The position numbers and the translations under genes were made by a program. DNA of 32,000 bases from the NCBI RefSeq assembly GCF_000092105.1, contig NC_014148.1, positions 660,001 to 692,000 on the forward strand, given 5' to 3'. The DNA comes from Planctopirus limnophila DSM 3776 (GTDB taxonomy: Bacteria; Planctomycetota; Planctomycetia; Planctomycetales; Planctomycetaceae). Each line of letters begins with the position of its first letter. Position 1 is the stretch's first letter. The notes under the pieces were generated by a model that had not been told where the DNA came from, did no database searches, and worked only from the letters and a program-made list of their open reading frames with translations. Positions 25,561-32,000 of the stretch are shown here, in pieces.

Positions 25561-27126
25561 ATGAGCAACGAATCACCGAGTCCACAAGATTCCTCTCCGG
25601 TTACCCAGTTTTCCCAATCGTCGATGTTGACGAAGGTTCTTGTTGTTTGTGCATCCACAATTGGGGTGCATATTGCGTTGCTGAATCTATGGCCTCATGC
25701 CGAGAGCTTTCCCCCAAGGCATCGACCAGCCGAGGACGCGCGTGCCGCAGCGTTTGCTGAAAGCCGTCAGGCGGCAAAGCTCTCGGAGAAGGAGGCGGCA
25801 CTTTCTGGCAGCAGACTGCTCGCCAGTACGGGATCGCGGACGAATCATTCCTCTGGCGGAACCGAACCACGCATTTCCGAACCTGCGCCGTTCCAACCTC
25901 ACGCATCGCCATTGCCTCTGTCTCAGGCAGACAGTGGCCCTCCCAATGAATTACCGCTGAAAGAACCCGCGACCTTGCCGGATCTTCCTCTGGAGACCCC
26001 GGTGCAAGTGCCGAATTCACCTTCCCAAGCTCCTAAAGCTCCATTGGATCACAGCGCTCCTCGTTCACCACGTGAAATGGCGGCTCGCCAACAACGTCTC
26101 GACGTCATCAAAAAGGAGTTGCCGAACGCCAGCGAAGACGAACTCAATATCTGGGTGGAGCAGTTCCAGGACGTCCCTGTGGAATCGCTGAGAGATCTCA
26201 TTCGGCTGAGGCAGCAATTCCCTGTGGGATTGCCAAAATCTTCCCTGGAAATCGGCTCTCAGAATCCTGGGATTCCCGGAAACTCGGATCAACCGTCGGG
26301 CCGGGACTCGAATGCGATCCCATCGCAGCCCGATGAAACATTTCCCGGAGAATTTGGCAGCCACCAGATTCCTGCTCCTTCCAGCGGTGAGGTCTTGCGC
26401 ACAGCCGATGTGATCGAAGCGGTGGCTCCAGAAATTCGAGTCCTTCGCGCAGCACAGCACATTCACCGCCAGAACATGGCTCAGGCGAAGACAATTGGTT
26501 ATCGCCGCCGGGTGGTCCAACTCCAAAGCCATGGCACTCCACTGGCAGATCAAGTGCCGACTTTGAGTACGACCATCGACCCAACACCCGGCGAATGGAT
26601 CATTACCGAAAGACCCCTGGACCTCGCGATTCAAGGCTACGGTTGGTTTGTTGTGCGACATGATCAACAACAACTGCTGACACGGGTGGGCCATCTCGTC
26701 TGGAATGAAAACAGGCAGCTCGCTATCGAGATTGGCACAAGGTCTTATCCGTTGGACCCGCCCATCGTCGCGCCTGAAGGCTGCACACAACTGCTGATTG
26801 AAGAGACTGGCAACGTTCAAGCCGCCACAGCGGGGAGTGAGCTTTCATCGCTGGGTGTCATCACGATGGCCACAGTCCCCGATGCGACTCAGCTTCTGGA
26901 AAAACTTCCCGGCTTGTTTGCAACAACTGGCAAATCGGGAAACTTGACCTTCCATACCGCTGAGACGGCTCGATCTGGTAAACTGATTGCTGGCCGGTTG
27001 GAACAATCTAACGTGAACTCCGAATTGGAATTGCAGTTTCATCGGGATCTGGATGATCAGATCAGTTTGCTGCGAACTGCCTGGGAAGAATCGTTGTCGA
27101 GATTGAACTGGTCAAGAAATGAATGA
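25561..27126 (+). CDS. Membrane-anchored protein with a C-terminal flagellar basal-body rod (FlgF/FlgG-like) domain
   Basis: Residues ~300-521 carry rod-protein motifs: LRAAQHIHRQNMAQAKTIGYRR (compare ANNLAN..T.GFK), LDLAIQGYGWFVV...LTRVGHL and GRLEQSNVNSELE. The N-terminal 300 aa hold a TM helix (LTKVLVVCASTIGVHIALLNLW) and a Pro-rich linker. Confidence 0.7.
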   Translation: MSNESPSPQDSSPVTQFSQSSMLTKVLVVCASTIGVHIALLNLWPHAESFPPRHRPAEDARAAAFAESRQAAKLSEKEAALSGSRLLASTGSRTNHSSGGTEPRISEPAPFQPHASPLPLSQADSGPPNELPLKEPATLPDLPLETPVQVPNSPSQAPKAPLDHSAPRSPREMAARQQRLDVIKKELPNASEDELNIWVEQFQDVPVESLRDLIRLRQQFPVGLPKSSLEIGSQNPGIPGNSDQPSGRDSNAIPSQPDETFPGEFGSHQIPAPSSGEVLRTADVIEAVAPEIRVLRAAQHIHRQNMAQAKTIGYRRRVVQLQSHGTPLADQVPTLSTTIDPTPGEWIITERPLDLAIQGYGWFVVRHDQQQLLTRVGHLVWNENRQLAIEIGTRSYPLDPPIVAPEGCTQLLIEETGNVQAATAGSELSSLGVITMATVPDATQLLEKLPGLFATTGKSGNLTFHTAETARSGKLIAGRLEQSNVNSELELQFHRDLDDQISLLRTAWEESLSRLNWSRNE

Positions 27127-27192
27127 ATCTACCCCTGTGTTCCTCTGTGGAGTGAATTCATAGAGATCGGTTTTTTGCGGGATCTGCCACTT

Positions 27193-28320
27193 ATGGCCAA
27201 AAAGCCGAAACCTCAACTGCGGGCCAACCTGCTGAAGAATCGCAGCACGCGGCAACGCAAGAATGATTTCACCAGAGATGTGGAAGTCGATGCGGACCGC
27301 GTTTTTGAATTGAAATCGAGCGAGCGTGTTCGCGGCCGCAATGAAATGAGCCGCAAACGCACCATCAGCGGTGCCACGCTGGATGGCAACCGGATTGTGC
27401 TCGAGATTGATCCCGAGAAGGCACTTTATGGTCGAGTCCTCTCTTCTGTGGGATCGACTCAATGCACTGTCCAGGTTGAAGATGGCCGCCGATTCATGTG
27501 CAGTGTCCGGCGCATTGTCAGAACAGTCGCCCGCGAAACCCGGAATGCCGTCGTGGCGGGCGATAAGGTCTGGATCACAGCCTCTGATGAGACAACGGGT
27601 GTGATCGAGCGAGTCGAGCCCCGCGAAGGAGTCCTCTCCCGTGGGCACCAGAATCGCGAACACATTCTGGTGGCGAACGTGAGCCAGATGCTCATTGTGG
27701 GCTCGGCAGCGCAGCCGAATCTGAAGCCAGCGCTCATCGATCGTTTTCTTGTCAGTGCCGGTAAGGGAGGCGTACACCCGATTGTCTGCGTCAATAAAAT
27801 CGACCTGGTTGATCCCGTCGAGTTGGTCTCACTTTTGGGTTGGTATTCCCAGATTGGCTGCGACGTCGTGATGACGAGCGTGACCACTGGCTACGGTGTG
27901 GATCGATTGCGGCAACTGCTCAAAAATGAACAGACGGTCTTCGCCGGGCAAAGCGGTGTCGGGAAATCGAGCCTGCTCAATGCTGTTCAGCCCGGATTGT
28001 CTCTCCAGACCGGCCAGGTGAGTGAAGTCACGCAGAAAGGCAAACACACAACGCGGTACACACAACTCTTGCCACTGATTGAAGGTGGCTGGGTTGTCGA
28101 TACGCCCGGCATCCGGCAGATGGAACTCTGGGATGTTCGACCGGAAGAAATCGAAGGCTATTTTGTCGAGTTTCGCCCCTTTGTGGCGCTGTGCCGCTTC
28201 CCCAGTTGCCGCCATTATCGGGAAGAAGATTGTGCCGTGATCCGGGCTGTGCAGATGGATCTGATCCCACGAGTACGCTACGAGAGCTATCTGCGAATGA
28301 TGCTCGGCGACGACGCCTGA
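27193..28320 (+). CDS. rsgA: Ribosome small-subunit biogenesis GTPase RsgA (YjeQ)
   Basis: The circularly permuted GTPase motifs are CVNKIDL, GQSGVGKSSLLNA and KGKHTTR. The C-terminal zinc knuckle is CRFPSCRHYREEDCAV. Confidence 0.95.
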   Translation: MAKKPKPQLRANLLKNRSTRQRKNDFTRDVEVDADRVFELKSSERVRGRNEMSRKRTISGATLDGNRIVLEIDPEKALYGRVLSSVGSTQCTVQVEDGRRFMCSVRRIVRTVARETRNAVVAGDKVWITASDETTGVIERVEPREGVLSRGHQNREHILVANVSQMLIVGSAAQPNLKPALIDRFLVSAGKGGVHPIVCVNKIDLVDPVELVSLLGWYSQIGCDVVMTSVTTGYGVDRLRQLLKNEQTVFAGQSGVGKSSLLNAVQPGLSLQTGQVSEVTQKGKHTTRYTQLLPLIEGGWVVDTPGIRQMELWDVRPEEIEGYFVEFRPFVALCRFPSCRHYREEDCAVIRAVQMDLIPRVRYESYLRMMLGDDA

Positions 28321-28358
28321 AATACTTGATTGCAGAAGTGAGCCGTTGCAAACCTTCA

Positions 28359-28976
28359 TTAACTCGTCGCTGTCATATTCGACTTGGAAGAGTATTTCTG
28401 AAACTGCCCGCCAATGAAATTGGAGAGGCCTTCCCAGTCCTCTGGATGATCCACTTGGGAGCGTGTCAGGATTACAAATGTAGGTCCACCGCGAATTCTT
28501 AGTGCAATAGCATCCCGGTTCGATTGAAAAAGATCAAATCGCTGCCATGCAAATCGTGAAGTAGAGTCCGGATAGATGAGCCAGACAGCTTCATCAGCAA
28601 TAACAGTGGTTCCAACCTCAAATATGCCTAGCCCCTTTTCTGCCATCATCGTGAAATATTTTTTGTTTCTACGGTTTGGCAGAAAGATCCATATCACCAT
28701 GATACCTGTTAAAACAAAAAACAGAATCCGGCTTTCGAAATGAGCAATTGAGCTGAACTGAATGGCGATGAATGAAATCGCAGCTGCCAGAACAATGCAC
28801 CAAAAAAGAAGATTCAAAGACTGACTCTTCCCTCCGGCTGCCAATTGGTAGCCAGAACAGGCATCATTCACGCTCGGCGGCTTCTGGATGACAAAACGAG
28901 GCAGATCTTGTTTCAGTGTGAAACTATCGATCAGTAGATCATCGATGTTAAGAGATGAGTGGTTAGGATTTGGCAT
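28359..28976 (-). CDS. Low-GC orphan membrane protein with a YcxB-like/PH-like C-terminal domain
   Basis: Two TM helices are present (LNLLFWCIVLAAAISFIAIQF and ILFFVLTGIMVIWIFL). They are followed by VIADEAVWLIYPDSTSRFAWQRFDLFQSNRDAIALRIRGGPTFVILTRSQV. The ORF could instead start at 29054 (MKVW...). The region is visibly AT-richer than its neighbours. Confidence 0.6.
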   Translation of the reverse strand: MPNPNHSSLNIDDLLIDSFTLKQDLPRFVIQKPPSVNDACSGYQLAAGGKSQSLNLLFWCIVLAAAISFIAIQFSSIAHFESRILFFVLTGIMVIWIFLPNRRNKKYFTMMAEKGLGIFEVGTTVIADEAVWLIYPDSTSRFAWQRFDLFQSNRDAIALRIRGGPTFVILTRSQVDHPEDWEGLSNFIGGQFQKYSSKSNMTATS

Positions 28977-29056
28977 TTCAATGCTCAGGAAGATACGTCG
29001 CAAAAGCCCAGTACAAATCCATCCAAAACCTAGTAGTGTGCCCCATACCTTCACAT

Positions 29057-30025
29057 CTAGGCATCCAGCAGTTTTCGGAGTGTCTCCACGTAGCGGGGGA
29101 TGGCCTCGTCGGGGCTTTCGGCGGCTTCGTATTCGAGGATGAGATAGCCCTGATAGCCGGCATTCTTCAGTATGGAAAGAATGCGTGGGATATCGGCCAG
29201 TTCCTTCTTGCCGTCGGTCTTGAACATCTCCACCTTGAGCTGCGCATTGATGGCGAAGGGGGCAATTTTTTCGAGATCGGCATAAGGATCCGCCGTCCGA
29301 AAGTTCCCGCTGTCAAAATTGATTCCAAAGAAAGGAGAAGCGGGAACAGCGTGGTAGATTTTGAGGAGTTGTTCGGGTGTGGCAGTGATCCCGCCATGAT
29401 TCTCCAGTGCCAGGCAAACCCCTTTGCTGGCAGCATATTCGACCGCTTTGGTGATCCCCTTCACGCAGCGTTCGAAGGCAATTTCCTCGGTGTCTCCTTT
29501 AGCAACTTTCCCGGCGAAGATACGAATCACCGGTGCCCCCAGCAGAACGGAGTTGTCGATCCACTGCTTTGTCATCGCCATCTGGGCGTCGAGAGCCGGG
29601 CCTTCGGGAAGGCAGAAATCGTTCCCAATGGCTGTCCCCGTGATATCAAGGCCTTTACGGAATGCCTGGTTTTTGCAGGCGTAGAGGTACTCAGGCGAGA
29701 CATCCTTGGGGAAGTAGTAGCTTGTCAATTCGCAGCCATCGAGGCCGAGCGAAGCGCAGTAGTCGATGAACGTCGGGATCGTCGCTCCCTTGGGAGGAGT
29801 CTTTTCATCCCAGGCTTTCGCGAGACGGGCATTCCAGGAGTATGCCGCCAGCGACAAGCGGGTCTTCTTCTTGAGCAGCTCATTGGCGGGAACCGCAGGT
29901 TCGCTGGCCAGGAGTGAACCTGATGATGCAGACAAGCCAGCCGCGGTAGCCGCAGCGACTGTCAAACCATGTGTGAAATCGCCAAAAAACTGCCGGCGGG
30001 AAGAAATGGGGAGGTTTTCTGGCAT
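29057..30025 (-). CDS. Tat-exported sugar phosphate isomerase/epimerase (xylose-isomerase-like TIM barrel)
   Basis: A twin-arginine signal ISSRRQFFGDFTHGLTVAAATAAGLSA is present. TIM-barrel motifs include LDGCELTSYYF, APVIRIFAG, ALENHGG and EYEA. The ATG at 30025 is preferred over the ORF start at 30121. Confidence 0.85.
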   Translation of the reverse strand: MPENLPISSRRQFFGDFTHGLTVAAATAAGLSASSGSLLASEPAVPANELLKKKTRLSLAAYSWNARLAKAWDEKTPPKGATIPTFIDYCASLGLDGCELTSYYFPKDVSPEYLYACKNQAFRKGLDITGTAIGNDFCLPEGPALDAQMAMTKQWIDNSVLLGAPVIRIFAGKVAKGDTEEIAFERCVKGITKAVEYAASKGVCLALENHGGITATPEQLLKIYHAVPASPFFGINFDSGNFRTADPYADLEKIAPFAINAQLKVEMFKTDGKKELADIPRILSILKNAGYQGYLILEYEAAESPDEAIPRYVETLRKLLDA

Positions 30026-30142
30026 GCGGGTATTCCCTGGTGATGTTTCAGTGTGAGCGAACCTGCAGATTTCCATCGTACAAACGGCAAAGAACGCATT
30101 TGACCAGTCAAAGTATGACAACCAGCGGGTCGCGAATCCAAA

Positions 30143-31192
30143 TTATTTGAACGAAAGTGAGCCGTGTTGCTCCTGCCATTGACGAAATGCTGCGAGAACC
30201 TGTGCAGGAGTCGCAGTTCCCGTTGCTCCCAATTGCTGGACAGTCACCCCCGCCACCAGATTGGCCACAATGGCGGCATCGATTACAGAACCACCAGAAG
30301 CCAGAGTCAGCACCGCACCCGCTGTGGCCCCATCGCCTGCACCTGTGGGATCAACCGGACCTGTGACCTTCAACCCCGGGATGAGCTGCTGTTTGGGATC
30401 ACTCACGATGATCCCTTTTTCGCCCAAAGTCACAAAAACGGTCGCACCGGTTTCGGCCCGCAAGCGAGGGACGACCGGAATCAAATCTTTCTCATCAAGC
30501 TCGTCGCCAGGGAGTGGCTTGAATCGTCCGACCGCTTCGAACTGATTGGGCTTGATGATGATATTGCGGAAGTGGCGCACATTCCGTCGGCTATCGGCCC
30601 AGAAAGTCACTTTGGGAAACCGTAGTGCCAACTCAGCAAGGACATCTCGCATCGACGATGTGATGACGCCTGTGTTCTGAATTTCCACTTGATCCATAAT
30701 GATCAACGCATCGACTCGCGGCAAAATGTGTGTGAGTGCCGCCGTAAGTTGGGCGATGACCGATTGCGGTGTCGGATGACGATTTCGCACATCGTAACGG
30801 TGCATTTCTCCCTGCAGGCCCGGGATATGAATTTCTGTCGGCTTGATGCTGGTGGGAGTGCGGATTTCAGGGCAACGCAGCAGGCCATCTGTCGAACAAC
30901 CCAGCTTCCTCAACCCTTGATGGAGATCGTACCCTTCGCCATCATCACCAATGGCTCCCAGGGCATAAAGTTCCCCGGCACCTAGAGCGGCCAGGTTGTT
31001 GATCACTGTCCCCGCAGCACTGGGGCTACGGCGGACTCCCACCACCTGATGGGCTTTGCGACCTGTTTCCTGACTTGTTTCTAACAGGCCGGAATCAATC
31101 TCAAGGTACTTATCGAGAAAGAAATCTCCCAGAACTGCAATACGCCGCAAGGGGAACTCGCAAAAGAGCTTTTGGAGATCCTCGATGTTCAT
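30143..31192 (-). CDS. PfkB-family carbohydrate kinase (RfaE domain-I / heptose-7-phosphate-kinase-like)
   Basis: The N-terminus reads IAVLGDFFLDKYLEID...AGTVINNLAALGA, and the PfkB signature DPTGAGDGATAG lies near the C-terminus. Confidence 0.8.
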   Translation of the reverse strand: MNIEDLQKLFCEFPLRRIAVLGDFFLDKYLEIDSGLLETSQETGRKAHQVVGVRRSPSAAGTVINNLAALGAGELYALGAIGDDGEGYDLHQGLRKLGCSTDGLLRCPEIRTPTSIKPTEIHIPGLQGEMHRYDVRNRHPTPQSVIAQLTAALTHILPRVDALIIMDQVEIQNTGVITSSMRDVLAELALRFPKVTFWADSRRNVRHFRNIIIKPNQFEAVGRFKPLPGDELDEKDLIPVVPRLRAETGATVFVTLGEKGIIVSDPKQQLIPGLKVTGPVDPTGAGDGATAGAVLTLASGGSVIDAAIVANLVAGVTVQQLGATGTATPAQVLAAFRQWQEQHGSLSFK

Positions 31193-31286
31193 ATTTCAAT
31201 TCCGAATGAAGGCGACTGTCGATGGATGACGGATCCACATCAAATAGCGCAAGATATGCGTGAAGATTAACGGATTGCTCTCGATT

Positions 31287-31550
31287 ATGGTAATCGGAGC
31301 AGCAGAATCCCGGAAAGGTGACCGCGTGATTTCTCAAGAACTGGCGATGGGTCTGGCACTGATCGGGATGAGCCTCTTCTTCCTGCAGCGCGCTGTGTGG
31401 ATTGTGGCTGAAACCCGAAAGGGTCAATGGCTGAAGAGTCGTCTGGGTGAGGATCGAGCCGTGATGACTGTCCGCTTGATTGCCATGAGCTTTGCACTGA
31501 TCGGTGGGCTGCTGGCTGCCGGTGTGATCGAACCATGGCGCTGGGAGTGA
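31287..31550 (+). CDS. Small two-TM membrane protein (87 aa; 96 aa if started at GTG 31260)
   Basis: Two hydrophobic helices are present (LAMGLALIGMSLFFL and LIAMSFALIGGLLAAGVI). Codon usage looks reasonable, and the overlapping minus-strand ORFs are R/S/P-rich and look spurious. Confidence 0.45.
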   Translation: MVIGAAESRKGDRVISQELAMGLALIGMSLFFLQRAVWIVAETRKGQWLKSRLGEDRAVMTVRLIAMSFALIGGLLAAGVIEPWRWE

Positions 31551-31750
31551 ACTGCCATTTTGAGAGCTCAAGAAACTTTATGGCAGGATCGGCCCAAGGA
31601 CTTTCGTTGAGCGACACTCTGCTGAGCGAAGTGATGGATGCTGCATGTTTTTTGCCCATAGATCTTTAACCTGTAGGCGGGTCTGGTTGATAGTTCACGC
31701 ATGGAAGAACCCACGGCCACTTAAAAGACTCTTTGCCTCCCGGGAATGCT

Positions 31751-31796
31751 AGAAACGAAAAACTCCCGGCAGCCTCGCAAAGTTGGGTGCCGGGAG
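31751..31796 (-). terminator. Intrinsic terminator for the minus-strand gene ending at 31883
   Basis: CTCCCGGCA (31763-31771) pairs perfectly with TGCCGGGAG (31788-31796) around a 16-nt loop. On the minus strand the hairpin is followed by TTTTTCGTTTCT. Confidence 0.6.
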
Positions 31797-31882
31797 ATGG
31801 ATTACTCGGATCAAAAATTCAATAAGCCGTCAGTGGGTGAGCGTTCTCAAGGGCTGGCCTGACGCTCGATATGATCGGCCGC

Positions 31883-32000
31883 TTAGTTTCCATTTCCCGG
31901 ATTGTTGGAATTGGCTGCTGCACTTTGCGGTTGAGGCAAACTGACGAGCACCCAGCGTTCGGTCTTGCCACGTCGATGAATGAGAACGGGAGCATCACCA
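31883..32000 (-). CDS. 3' end of a CDS running off the window (38 codons visible)
   Basis: An open frame on the minus strand reads ...GDAPVLIHRRGKTERWVLVSLPQPQSAAANSNNPGNGN* with stop TAA at 31883-31885, and the terminator above follows it. It is too short to identify. Confidence 0.3.
   Translation of the reverse strand, partial: GDAPVLIHRRGKTERWVLVSLPQPQSAAANSNNPGNGN

Noticed and set aside
26065-26820. 251-aa minus-strand ORF
   Set aside because: It is antisense to the FlgG-like gene, whose rod-domain motifs identify the plus frame as the real one.
27112-27777. 221-aa minus-strand ORF, together with 27829-28359(-)
   Set aside because: Both are antisense to rsgA, which carries unambiguous GTPase and zinc-knuckle motifs.
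28970-29917. 315-aa plus-strand ORF
   Set aside because: It is antisense to the TIM-barrel isomerase gene, which has clear family motifs and a Tat signal. Long shadow ORFs of this kind are typical.
1-32000. Known defence, mobile or array hallmarks: CRISPR repeats, Cas, restriction-modification, toxin-antitoxin pairs, retron reverse transcriptase, integrase or transposase, and IS inverted repeats
   Set aside because: None recognised on either strand. Apart from the rarA-flanking repeat, the repeats present are the tandem ~80-bp units, the GAR triplet tract and short hairpins.

Overview
The window reads as a chromosomal segment from a Planctomycetota-like (PVC) bacterium. That placement is an inference from three things: a DUF1559 protein with a prepilin-type N-terminus, Tat-signal TIM-barrel and phosphoesterase proteins, and many long secreted low-complexity proteins. 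Background GC is about 50-54% by hand sampling. I support about 27 coding regions. Recognisable genes are rarA, rsgA, a YtqB/MnmM-type methyltransferase, a DsbD-like disulfide reductase, a redoxin lipoprotein, a transmembrane Ser/Thr kinase, a purple-acid-phosphatase-like esterase, an aldo/keto reductase, a YciI-like protein paired with a long ECF-type sigma factor, a PfkB kinase and a xylose-isomerase-like TIM barrel. The remaining CDSs are hypothetical membrane or secreted proteins. I found no rRNA, tRNA, CRISPR array, IS element, integrase or known defence system. The strongest non-routine signal is a 3.3-kb GC-rich block (redoxin, kinase and one doubtful ORF) sitting in the 3' end of rarA. 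It is bracketed by an imperfect 64-bp direct repeat of the rarA 3' end, and the repeat offset of 3294 bp is a multiple of three, so in-silico excision rebuilds an intact rarA. No recombinase is present. Other items worth a second look are degenerate ~80-bp tandem repeats in the 850-bp gap upstream of rarA, an orphan membrane-anchored flagellar-rod-like protein, a small protein with a basic head and polyacidic tail, and a low-GC orphan gene. All domain calls rest on recalled motifs only; no searches were run.
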